A stretch of 64,000 bases of DNA from a virus. The notes beneath the pieces were generated by a model that saw only the letters and a list, made by a program, of their open reading frames with translations, made no database searches and was not told the origin of the DNA. The stretch's first letter is position 1. The number at the start of each line of letters is the position of its first letter. Location of the stretch: positions 32,001 to 96,000 of IMG/VR virus record IMGVR_UViG_3300020048_003770; one strand, given 5' to 3'. The position numbers and the translations under genes were made by a program. Shown in pieces: positions 55,950 through 64,000 of the stretch.

Positions 55950-56564
55950 ATGTCACAAAGAAAAATATCAGAATGCATTAATGTAAGAATTAACGTTGGT
56001 AATTATCAGCATATTGAATTAAGTAAATATGCAGAAGAAACGATTGAATATTCTTCCAAAGAGGAGCTTATTCAAAAGGAAGATTCGTTGAGGGATGACC
56101 TTATCGCAAGTGTAATCCGTAGTATGAAGTCTATTCCAGAAAGATTGGGTAAAGGTGTTGAAGCTGCAATCGAGGTGGAAGAGTCCATTAAGAAAGCAAT
56201 CCCTTCATGGCTTGAAAACGGTGCGGTTCCTAACATTGCCAATCTTCCTAAGAAAAACAATCTAAAGGATGCGGCTGAGCAAAAGAACAAGAAGGACGAA
56301 GCTGCTAAAAATCTTGTTGAAGTTACAGATACAGTTATTCCTGAAGTAAAAGCTGAAGTAAAAAAATCAACAGTGGCTGTCGTGACTACAAAAACTCCCG
56401 TTAGTTCAGATGATCTTTTTGAAGATGACTCTGTTGTAACTACATTTGAATCGGCTAATGTTCTTCCAATAGATAATACTGAGACAAAGAAGGTTGATAA
56501 AAGTGCAGAGTTAGATGGATTTTTTGACGGTGATGATGACGATTTGTTTGGCGACATATCATAA
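55950..56564 (+). CDS. hypothetical protein with acidic DDLF tail
   Basis: VRINVGNYQHIE; replication cluster. Confidence 0.6.
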   Translation: MSQRKISECINVRINVGNYQHIELSKYAEETIEYSSKEELIQKEDSLRDDLIASVIRSMKSIPERLGKGVEAAIEVEESIKKAIPSWLENGAVPNIANLPKKNNLKDAAEQKNKKDEAAKNLVEVTDTVIPEVKAEVKKSTVAVVTTKTPVSSDDLFEDDSVVTTFESANVLPIDNTETKKVDKSAELDGFFDGDDDDLFGDIS

Positions 56565-56577
56565 AATAAGGAGAAAA

Positions 56578-56916
56578 ATGAAAGAAATGAAGTTAGAAAG
56601 AGTTAGTAGTGAAGAATTGATTTCAATGTTTGAAGAGGCTTTTGAACATCAAGTGGCTCAACTGAATGATATTGAATCTTTTGGTGTCGAATGCAATGAG
56701 CGGGGTATGGGTAAGCCTGTACAAATTAACGTTGACATTTCCGGTCATGCAGGTACGCCAACTGTAGATCAGTTCAAGCGTGGCGAGGTTGAAGGTAGTG
56801 AGTCTGTAACTATATCTCGCGATGATATTGGCGAGAAAACATTCAAACTAGTAAATAGTCTTACAACTTATGTTAGTGGAAATGATTATTTGGTTGTATA
56901 CGAAGCATCAGTATAA
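56578..56916 (+). CDS. hypothetical protein
   Basis: AGGAG RBS. Confidence 0.6.
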   Translation: MKEMKLERVSSEELISMFEEAFEHQVAQLNDIESFGVECNERGMGKPVQINVDISGHAGTPTVDQFKRGEVEGSESVTISRDDIGEKTFKLVNSLTTYVSGNDYLVVYEASV

Positions 56917-56936
56917 AAATATCTTAGGTTAATAAA

Positions 56937-57713
56937 ATGGCTAAAGACGACATATTGGGTGATGATTTTTTCGATGAGCTTAATGCTGATGAAACTATCA
57001 TTAATGAGGCTGAACCATTGGAAGAAGATATTCCAGAATCAAAATATTCAATACCAGTGGTTGACATATCTAGCCATTTGCCAAAACTGGTTGGAGATAA
57101 TGTACCTAAAGATTATCAATGCGTAATTGATAGGTTTATCTCTATGTATATGACTTTGCCAATTATTAATTATGACGCCATCCATAAGGAACTTTCTGAA
57201 TTAAATGTTGATTCAAGTCCTACGCCAACGTTGCAATTAATTAATCTTAAATTGCAAAGGGTACAGGCCAGTAAAGATAGATTGGCTGAAATATATCAAC
57301 AGGTAATTAGATGTTATACGTTTAAGAAGAGAGCGGTAAACGTTTTAAGTGAAGCATGGAATAAATTTGCGGAAGGTTCGAGTGCAGATAAAAGAAAATC
57401 TGATTCGTCTTTTAGATTAAGCGAATTTCATGCTGATTTAGCTCAAGTAGAAGCATTATATAGTGTTTGCGAGCATATTCTTAGGAATTTGGATAGTCAA
57501 AGTAATTCTATCTCTAGGCAGATAACAATTATACAGTCGCAATTGAAAATGTTTGATATGGGTCGCGGCGCATTGCCTGATTTTGATTTCAATAAATCGG
57601 CACTTAATGAGGGATTTGAATCATTAGGTACGCCTGTTGAATCTGAAAACAACGAAAACAATAATGAAGTAGATGTAACGGAAAGAAGAAGTGCAGAAGA
57701 ATTATCTTTTTGA
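56937..57713 (+). CDS. coiled-coil protein (possible recombination mediator)
   Basis: long helical core; next to SSB and RecA. Confidence 0.5.
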   Translation: MAKDDILGDDFFDELNADETIINEAEPLEEDIPESKYSIPVVDISSHLPKLVGDNVPKDYQCVIDRFISMYMTLPIINYDAIHKELSELNVDSSPTPTLQLINLKLQRVQASKDRLAEIYQQVIRCYTFKKRAVNVLSEAWNKFAEGSSADKRKSDSSFRLSEFHADLAQVEALYSVCEHILRNLDSQSNSISRQITIIQSQLKMFDMGRGALPDFDFNKSALNEGFESLGTPVESENNENNNEVDVTERRSAEELSF

Positions 57714-57809
57714 AAATTTTTCTGAAAAAGTGAAAAATTTTCTGAAAAAAAATGTATAATTAAGATGTAAACAAACGACGAGTGGAGCAACAAAAAAAGG
57801 AGGTTCAGT

Positions 57810-58568
57810 ATGAGCGACAAGCAGCAAGCTAATGTAGGTAGTTGGGATAGCGATTTTCCACCAGAAGACGAAAAGAAGGGTGGCGGAGAAGGTGGCGAAT
57901 TGAAACGTTTGCCATTTATGAAGTTCGAAAAGCCAGGTAATTATACGATTCGCTTGGTTGGCAATCATGTTAAGTTTCGTAGACACTGGCAACCGTTTAC
58001 TGATCGAGTGATTACGCATGATGATTACAAAGATCAAGATCCAGCTTGGCAGGCAGGTTTCTATCCTCGTGAAACATTTGCGATTCATGTTATTGACAGA
58101 GCTGACGGCAAGTTGAAGATTCTTGAAAAGGGTCGTAGTTTGTTTAAGCAGTTCGCCAGTTATAAGATCGTAAATGAGATTAATCCCGCTGGCAAGGAAG
58201 GTCCAGATTGGGTGATTACGCTGGAATGGCCACAGGGGAATAAGCGTCAAGCTAAGTATTCTGCAACGGCAAAGGCAAAACCAGCGCCATTTACAGCAGA
58301 AGAAGTTGAAATGATTAAGTCTTCAAAAGCGCCTTTAATTGAGATTTACGCTTCAACACCATTGGCGAAGATTCAGGAACTTTGGGATGCCCTTCCTGAT
58401 GAAGCTAAGATTCCGCCGAAGAAGGACGAGAATGGTAATGAGCATGAGGATAAGCCAAAGTCAAAGCCAGCAGCAAGCAAGCAAGCAAAGGTAGAAGAGA
58501 CGATGACTGATTCTCCAGCCGAATCTGATGATTTGTTTGGGGATAACGAAGATGACACGTCGTTTTAA
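57810..58568 (+). CDS. phage single-stranded DNA-binding protein (gp32-like)
   Basis: FMKF..G..TIRLVG, HW, VIDRADG.LKIL, acidic tail DDLFGDNEDDTSF. Confidence 0.75.
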   Translation: MSDKQQANVGSWDSDFPPEDEKKGGGEGGELKRLPFMKFEKPGNYTIRLVGNHVKFRRHWQPFTDRVITHDDYKDQDPAWQAGFYPRETFAIHVIDRADGKLKILEKGRSLFKQFASYKIVNEINPAGKEGPDWVITLEWPQGNKRQAKYSATAKAKPAPFTAEEVEMIKSSKAPLIEIYASTPLAKIQELWDALPDEAKIPPKKDENGNEHEDKPKSKPAASKQAKVEETMTDSPAESDDLFGDNEDDTSF

Positions 58569-58575
58569 GTAATGT

Positions 58576-58614
58576 AATAGCTGAGTTGGATTTTACGCCA
58601 ACTCAGCTATTTTT
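58576..58614 (+). terminator. intrinsic terminator
   Basis: aatagctgagttgg/ccaactcagctatt plus T-tract. Confidence 0.85.
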
Positions 58615-58637
58615 ATATTGATTAATTAAGGAGAAAA

Positions 58638-59882
58638 ATGGCAACTGTAAAACAAAGTGCTGTTACGAATGCAAAAAAGCCAAAGTCTATCGATACTATT
58701 TTGGCTAATATTGAAAAGTCTATGAAGAATATTGGTGCTCCAGTTGTAGTAAAAGCCCCAACTATGAAGGATTTTTCTATGGTCCCTGTTATATCCTTCG
58801 GCTTTGCTGATGTTGATGCGGCTAGTTTTTGTGGAGGAATTCCACAAGGCAAATTGGTAGAAATATTTGGTCCAGAATCTGGTGGTAAATCACTTCTGTC
58901 ATTGAATTTAATTGCTTCGGCTCAAAAATCTGGAATGGTATGTTGTTTGGTTGATGCTGAAAATTCATATGATCCTATTTGGGCTGATTCGCATGGAGTT
59001 TGCACCGATGACCTTTATATCATGAGGAGTCCTATTTCGGCAGAGCAAATTCTTGAATATGTAGATAAGCTTTGCGAGAGTGGAGTGTTTGGTTTGATTG
59101 TTGTTGACTCAACTGCTGCTTTGATTCCTCAAAAAGAGTTGGAAGGCAGTATCTCAGACCAAAATTATGCGCTGCTTGCGAGAGCTATGTCAACAGCATG
59201 CCGTAAAATCGTATCTAATTGTTCTGTAACTAATACTACATGTGTGTTTTTAAACCAGATTCGAGATAAGATGGGTGTCGTTTTTGGTTCTTCTGAAACT
59301 ACACCTGGAGGTAGAGCTTTGAAGTTTTATTCACATCAAAGAATTAGGGTTACTCCTGGTAAGAAGATTAAGGTTCAAGAGGGCGATAAGGAAATTATTA
59401 TCGCAAGACAGAGTTTTATTCAATTCGTTAAGAATAAAGCGGCCAGACCTTTCGGCGAATGTATTATGGAGATTGTTTTCGATAAGACTGCTAGAAATCC
59501 TGTCGTTAAGCTTTGTAAGGTAGCCAAGGATTATAAAGTTGTTTCTTTGAGAGAAGGAACTTTCCGTATTTCCAAAGAGCTATTCGAGGGATGTAAGAAG
59601 AACGTTGATACTGGCGCAAAGACTTCTGTTGAACTGGCAGATTATCTAGTTAAGGAAGAACTTGTCAATGTCGTTCTTGAAGCGTTCGTTTCAAATTACA
59701 CGGATGAACATGGTAGCGAAGATAAGATTGACAAAGACATATTAGCGTTAAGAGACGATCCTACGTTAATTGTTTCGCCTTTGAACGGTGCGATTGTTGA
59801 TACTATTAATAATGATGCTCCATCTATTACAAATCAAGATATCGAGGACACAGATGGTGGACTTGATCTTGGCAATGAATAA
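58638..59882 (+). CDS. recA: RecA/UvsX recombinase
   Basis: GGIPQGKLVEIFGPESGGKS, VDAE, IVVDS, NQIRDKMGV.FG..ETTPGGRALKFY. Confidence 0.95.
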   Translation: MATVKQSAVTNAKKPKSIDTILANIEKSMKNIGAPVVVKAPTMKDFSMVPVISFGFADVDAASFCGGIPQGKLVEIFGPESGGKSLLSLNLIASAQKSGMVCCLVDAENSYDPIWADSHGVCTDDLYIMRSPISAEQILEYVDKLCESGVFGLIVVDSTAALIPQKELEGSISDQNYALLARAMSTACRKIVSNCSVTNTTCVFLNQIRDKMGVVFGSSETTPGGRALKFYSHQRIRVTPGKKIKVQEGDKEIIIARQSFIQFVKNKAARPFGECIMEIVFDKTARNPVVKLCKVAKDYKVVSLREGTFRISKELFEGCKKNVDTGAKTSVELADYLVKEELVNVVLEAFVSNYTDEHGSEDKIDKDILALRDDPTLIVSPLNGAIVDTINNDAPSITNQDIEDTDGGLDLGNE

Positions 59883-59891
59883 AGGAGAAAA

Positions 59892-60089
59892 ATGACAGTT
59901 GAAGAAACAAAGCGATTCAGTTTGGAGGTTCAGGCTAAGGAAGTTGAAATTAAAATATTGGAGCAACAAGTCGAATTGTTGAAGGCTCAGGTTGAATATA
60001 CTAAGGCTCAAACAAAATCAATTGGATACAACGATTCGGTTAGGTATGCGTCAGGTGGCACTAATTCATATAGTGCAACATCTAATTGA
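59892..60089 (+). CDS. small coiled-coil protein
   Basis: AAGGAG RBS. Confidence 0.55.
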   Translation: MTVEETKRFSLEVQAKEVEIKILEQQVELLKAQVEYTKAQTKSIGYNDSVRYASGGTNSYSATSN

Positions 60090-60105
60090 ATTATAGAGGA
60101 TTAAT

Positions 60106-60909
60106 ATGTCGGACTTGCTCCCATTTTTGCAATCGTGTAACAATGATTTATTGAATGGGACAAGTCAGGGCATAGATTCTGCTAGAAAATATTTGTTAAA
60201 TGACAGAAAAATACTTGAAGAAAGCATAAAATGTCATACAATAGGGTATTGCAGTAAAGATATTGAGATACCAGATGAAGTTCGTTTTTTTGGAACTATT
60301 GATAAAGAAAACAAATGGGACATTTCTAGTAGGGTAAAAGGTAGGATTATCGTACCTATATATTCGGAGAGCGGTAAGGCTGTAGCATTCGCAACGAGAG
60401 TTCCTACAACCGAACCCGGAAATCCTTGGTGGAATTTGCCAAGTCCATTCCAAAAAGGTAATCATTTATTTTTGTTTGACAAGGCGAAAAAAGAGATTTA
60501 TACAAAGAACAAGCTATATGTTGTCGAGGGCTATATAGACGCATTAATGTTATATCAGCATGGTCTTAGGAATGTATCGGCTATCATGGGTACAGCATAT
60601 ACCTTAAGAAAGCTTGGTTTGACGGCTAGATACTGCAATAATGTATGTTTATGTTTTGATACGGATGCAAATGAAGCTGGCACGAAAGCGAAAAAGATGT
60701 CAATTGCTATTTTAAACAAGTATTCATTTTGTGAGTCTATTAGTACGATTGACGGTTTGCCAACAGGAGACGACCCAGCTTCATTTGTTGGACGAGAAGG
60801 TATTGCTAAATTTTTAGAGATGGAAAGAGTTATCGATGAAGAAGAAATTGTAAGAACATGCATTGAAATTTCGAAAGGCAAAAGCGGTAAACTTCTTGAT
60901 GCAAAATGA
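60106..60909 (+). CDS. dnaG: DnaG-type primase catalytic core (no zinc-binding domain)
   Basis: GRIIVPI..AFATR, VVEGYIDAL, MGTA, CFDTD..AG, DDP. Confidence 0.88.
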   Translation: MSDLLPFLQSCNNDLLNGTSQGIDSARKYLLNDRKILEESIKCHTIGYCSKDIEIPDEVRFFGTIDKENKWDISSRVKGRIIVPIYSESGKAVAFATRVPTTEPGNPWWNLPSPFQKGNHLFLFDKAKKEIYTKNKLYVVEGYIDALMLYQHGLRNVSAIMGTAYTLRKLGLTARYCNNVCLCFDTDANEAGTKAKKMSIAILNKYSFCESISTIDGLPTGDDPASFVGREGIAKFLEMERVIDEEEIVRTCIEISKGKSGKLLDAK

Positions 60910-61571
60910 AATATATAAATCAATCTACTAAATTATTGTCCGCTGTAGAATTATCTATAAAGTCCGAAATAAAAAGAGGAAATTCAGACTTTAATCACGA
61001 AGTATTTAATATTCTGCATTTAACGGAATGCCCACGTCGAATGATGTATCGGGCTAATAATTGTGAAGTCGAAAATAAAAATATTTTAGTTGATTTTCAT
61101 TCAAAATGTCATAGAATCAAATGGTTGGATATATTTTCGAATTCAAAAGGAATAACTGTTTTAGATAAAAATATTTTAGCAGCGGATTCGGAATATAACA
61201 TAGTTGGCAAAGTCGATGCGATAATCTCATGCGAAGGTTACGTTAGCGTACTGATGATAGATTCAATTGATGAATGTTCATATGAGATTGCAATTAAGAA
61301 TGGAGGTCTACGACAACAAATAGTAGCATTGATGACATCGATGTGGCTTACTGAAGTCCAAAATGGTGTATTGTTATGTGAGAACAAAAATACGAATGAT
61401 TATTTTTTATCACATGTTATAATTAGTAATGCAATTATTAATGGGGTAAAAACAAAATGTAGAAAATTAATGGAAAATAAAATTTTACAACAACTTCCTT
61501 CCAGACCTTATAAAACAAATGATTGTGAGGAATGTAAAGGTTGCGAGTATAAAGATAAATGTTGGGAATAA
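60906..61571 (+). CDS. Cas4-like / PD-(D/E)xK-fold protein with Fe-S cysteines
   Basis: ECPR, GKVDAII, QI...M, CKGCEYKDKC. Confidence 0.7.
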   Translation: MKYINQSTKLLSAVELSIKSEIKRGNSDFNHEVFNILHLTECPRRMMYRANNCEVENKNILVDFHSKCHRIKWLDIFSNSKGITVLDKNILAADSEYNIVGKVDAIISCEGYVSVLMIDSIDECSYEIAIKNGGLRQQIVALMTSMWLTEVQNGVLLCENKNTNDYFLSHVIISNAIINGVKTKCRKLMENKILQQLPSRPYKTNDCEECKGCEYKDKCWE

Positions 61572-61592
61572 ACAAAAAGGAGTAGCAGGGAT

Positions 61593-62486
61593 ATGGTTAT
61601 TAACAAGACGATAGAAAGTGTCAAAACCCATGAAGATAAATTTGTTGATGTAATTGATGAAACGGTTTCTATTGATAGATACCAAGAAGATGCGGCAGTT
61701 GAGGAGTTCCAGAAAACGGGTGATTTAAAAATATTAGAAGAAGTATACAAGGCTAGGATACCAACCATTAGGAGTTGGGCGAATAAACATTATTATCCAG
61801 GACTTACATTCAGTGTAGAAGATTTGTTTTCAGATTTTTCAGTTGTATTTGTTAAGGCGGCTGAAAAATATAATAGAAGCAGAGGGGCGTTCAACACATG
61901 TTTGTTTACATTTTTGTTAAATAGATTGAAGAATATTAAAAATAGTAAACATGCAAAGAAAAGGCTTTCGGAAGAGTACAGCGGTCCAGCGGTTGGAATG
62001 ATTCTTTCATTAGATTATTCATACAATACAAGCGATGGTTCCGAAGTTACTCTCAAAGACGTTATCCCATCTGACAATCCAACTGAGACCGATTATGTTT
62101 TAACAAATACTTATATGGATGAAACTTTAAATGTTTTGTCTAATAATGATGAAAATTTCAAACAGTTTTTATCTAAGATAGGAGATGGAAACAGTTTGGT
62201 GTCTTTAATTAGAGAGTATAAGACTAGACAAGGTACTATTAAACTTTCTTCTGATGATGCCAAGAGATTTTCATCAAGGAAATGCAACCGTTTAGTGACT
62301 GATTTGATTAAGGATAAAATTTCTGATGACTTTAAACTCTTGGGTTACAAAATTGAAGGGACTAGCCACCTTAGATATGAAGTCGAATTGAAAAGAACAG
62401 AAGAAACAGATAAGTTCATGAAATCACTTCGTGAAATTCGTAAGAACAAAGAATCTTATATGGACAAATTAGAACGAGTTTGTTAA
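61593..62486 (+). CDS. phage sigma70-family RNA polymerase sigma factor
   Basis: region-2-like VEDLFSD..FVKAAEKYNRSRGAFNTCLF..NRLKN; SLD..TLKDVI. Confidence 0.75.
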   Translation: MVINKTIESVKTHEDKFVDVIDETVSIDRYQEDAAVEEFQKTGDLKILEEVYKARIPTIRSWANKHYYPGLTFSVEDLFSDFSVVFVKAAEKYNRSRGAFNTCLFTFLLNRLKNIKNSKHAKKRLSEEYSGPAVGMILSLDYSYNTSDGSEVTLKDVIPSDNPTETDYVLTNTYMDETLNVLSNNDENFKQFLSKIGDGNSLVSLIREYKTRQGTIKLSSDDAKRFSSRKCNRLVTDLIKDKISDDFKLLGYKIEGTSHLRYEVELKRTEETDKFMKSLREIRKNKESYMDKLERVC

Positions 62487-62509
62487 AAAGAATTTATCAT
62501 ATGTTTGCT

Positions 62510-62543
62510 AAAAAGAGACTGAATCAATTCAGTCTCTTTTTTT
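62510..62543 (+). terminator. intrinsic terminator
   Basis: aaaagagactgaa/ttcagtctctttt plus T-tract. Confidence 0.85.
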
Positions 62544-62634
62544 GTGCACAAGTTTTCCACATTTTATGTATAATAGATTTATATAAATTGTTTTTATATA
62601 AATTGAATACAAAAATCGTAAAAAGGAGGACACA

Positions 62635-63315
62635 ATGCATGAAGGAATTGATGTAGATTTTGATAACGTAAAGATGGCGGAAATTATTGACGATAAACCG
62701 TCTTTGAAAGTCGCGGCAGACCCACACGATATCAGTCCAGAAGATCGTAAGAGAAATGTCAAGAAGTTGGCTGGAGCTATCAGTCATTCTTTAAGAACTG
62801 GTGGCGAGATTAATGTTAGATGCTTTGGTAGTGCAAGTATAGGGAAAGCATGTAAAGCGTTGGCAATTGCAAAATCATATATTGCGGACACTCACAACCT
62901 ACAATTGGCTTATTCTCCAGCTTTTTTGACGGCTCAAATCGGAGATAGCACTTTGACAGGGATTTGCTTCGTGACCTTTTGTAATGAAAAGTACGATCCT
63001 AACCTTTTCAAAGATATAAAAACAGTATTGATGGTGAAAGCCGACCCTAAAGACATAAGTTCAGAAGACCGCAAGAGAAATGTTAAGAAGTTGGCTGGAG
63101 CTATCTCCCATGCAGTTGAAGAAAATAAAATTTGTTCTATTCGTTGCTTTGGGAATGCGAGTATTGGCAAAGCATGTAAAGCATTGGCAATCGCAAGGGG
63201 TTTTACGGCAACTAGAGGGTCAGACCTTTATTGCTGGAATGATTTTATCGTAACAACAATGGGCGACAATGAACGCACTGGAATTTGCTTTACGGCGTTT
63301 TCAAACGAATTGTAA
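62635..63315 (+). CDS. spoVS: tandem two-domain SpoVS-family (Alba-like) protein
   Basis: two copies of LKV.A..NVKKLAGAISH..RCFG.ASIGKACKALAIA..F..TGICF. Confidence 0.85.
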   Translation: MHEGIDVDFDNVKMAEIIDDKPSLKVAADPHDISPEDRKRNVKKLAGAISHSLRTGGEINVRCFGSASIGKACKALAIAKSYIADTHNLQLAYSPAFLTAQIGDSTLTGICFVTFCNEKYDPNLFKDIKTVLMVKADPKDISSEDRKRNVKKLAGAISHAVEENKICSIRCFGNASIGKACKALAIARGFTATRGSDLYCWNDFIVTTMGDNERTGICFTAFSNEL

Positions 63316-63407
63316 AATAAATAGGTTTTGTATATCGTCTTACAACATTTAGCAAAATATTTTAATTTTTATAAAGGATTGTTTACTTTTATTTTGTATA
63401 ATGTATT

Positions 63408-63609
63408 TATGAACTTTATCATCATAAGAAAAGAGGTTCTTTTGTTTTGATGAACATTTATATGTTGTTCATAGCGGGATAGTATTTGAATGACTTTCTA
63501 AGTTGTTGCAAATAATATTTATTCATAAGGATAAATATGGTGAGGAGTTTAGAGTCCCTCGTTCTAGTGAAAAGGAGGTAAATCTTTTATTTGATAATAA
63601 AAGTTTATA
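63408..63609 (+). ncRNA. candidate multibranch structured RNA
   Basis: closing helix tatgaacttt/aaagtttata; internal hairpins atgaac/gttcat, aatgactt/aagttgtt, atttatt/gataaat, gagg/cctc; promoter upstream, terminator downstream. Confidence 0.4.
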
Positions 63610-63645
63610 GTTCACCCAACTCTTTAGATTAATACTAAATTACAA

Positions 63646-63677
63646 AAAAAAGGAGTAACGCTTGTTGCTCCTTTTTT
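63646..63677 (+). terminator. intrinsic terminator
   Basis: aaaaaaggagtaac/gttgctcctttttt. Confidence 0.8.
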
Positions 63678-63689
63678 GTATAATAAAAA

Positions 63690-64000
63690 ATGAAAATATC
63701 CGTAATATCTGATTGCCATTTAAACAAGTCTCTATACAACATTTTTGACAAGGACAATCCATCATTGCCATTCAGAACTGTTGACTATATGGTGGCATTC
63801 AATTCAATAATAGAGCAGAACTTGAATGAAATAAAACCAGACCTTATCGTTATAGCCGGTGATGTTTATGATAGTTTCGATCCTTCTAATGACTTGAGGG
63901 CTTTTTTTAATGTCCAATGCAAGAAAGTAATTGATAAAGGGATTAAATTAATCGTATTGGTAGGCAATCATGATATTTGCAAAAAGCACCACGCATTGTT
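63690..64000 (+). CDS. SbcD/Mre11-like metallophosphoesterase nuclease (partial, runs off the window)
   Basis: MKISVISDCHL, IAGDVYD, LVGNHD read directly from the sequence. Confidence 0.85.
   Translation, partial: MKISVISDCHLNKSLYNIFDKDNPSLPFRTVDYMVAFNSIIEQNLNEIKPDLIVIAGDVYDSFDPSNDLRAFFNVQCKKVIDKGIKLIVLVGNHDICKKHHAL

Noticed and set aside
60906-61571. Cas4-like gene as evidence of a CRISPR-Cas system
   Set aside because: I saw no repeat-spacer array or other cas genes. Solo Cas4-like proteins are common in phage replication modules, and the ExK motif looks degenerate.
244-63170. Numerous short minus-strand or nested ORFs in the track (e.g. 2883..3254, 27293..27850, 56072..56557)
   Set aside because: They are shadows of well-supported plus-strand genes, with no RBS or motifs of their own.
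1-64000. Stop-codon reassignment (alternative genetic code)
   Set aside because: Long conserved genes are intact under code 11 and end in TAA, TAG and TGA; no suppressor tRNA seen.

Overview
An AT-rich, almost entirely + strand stretch of what looks like a large (jumbo/huge) bacteriophage genome using the standard code. No virion structural genes are recognisable in this window. From left to right: an HNH nuclease, a RecD2 helicase and a DEDD exonuclease; a 10-gene glycosyltransferase/methyltransferase cluster (5.0-13.5 kb); tRNA operon 1 (Ala, Gly, Ile-like); a ubiquitin-like module (Ubl ending in Gly, Ro60/TROVE-vWA-like protein, JAB protease, Cys-containing E2 candidate, ThiF/E1) wrapped around an array of six ncRNAs, four of which are tRNA bodies fused to one shared RNA module; a family of proteins sharing an N-terminal targeting-like motif; an RHH+TnpB element; tRNA operon 2 (Lys, Val, Thr, Thr, atypical tRNAs, Lys); counter-defence-type enzymes (Apyc1-like MBL hydrolase, macrodomain, ADP-ribosylglycohydrolase, Tpt1/KptA, Thg1); an IS200/IS605 element; a tmRNA; and a replication block (intein-containing DnaE, SSB, RecA, primase, Cas4-like nuclease, sigma factor, tandem SpoVS, partial SbcD). 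Three candidate undescribed systems stand out. (1) A Ubl conjugation pathway coupled to a Ro-like protein and tRNA-mimic RNAs that carry a circularly permuted common module. (2) Both tRNA operons are headed by ribosome-dependent attenuators whose leader peptides are built from the codons read by the downstream tRNAs. (3) A catalytically intact TnpB whose guide matches one of those attenuators, with a single synonymous mismatch. All calls were made by eye; no searches or folding programs were run.
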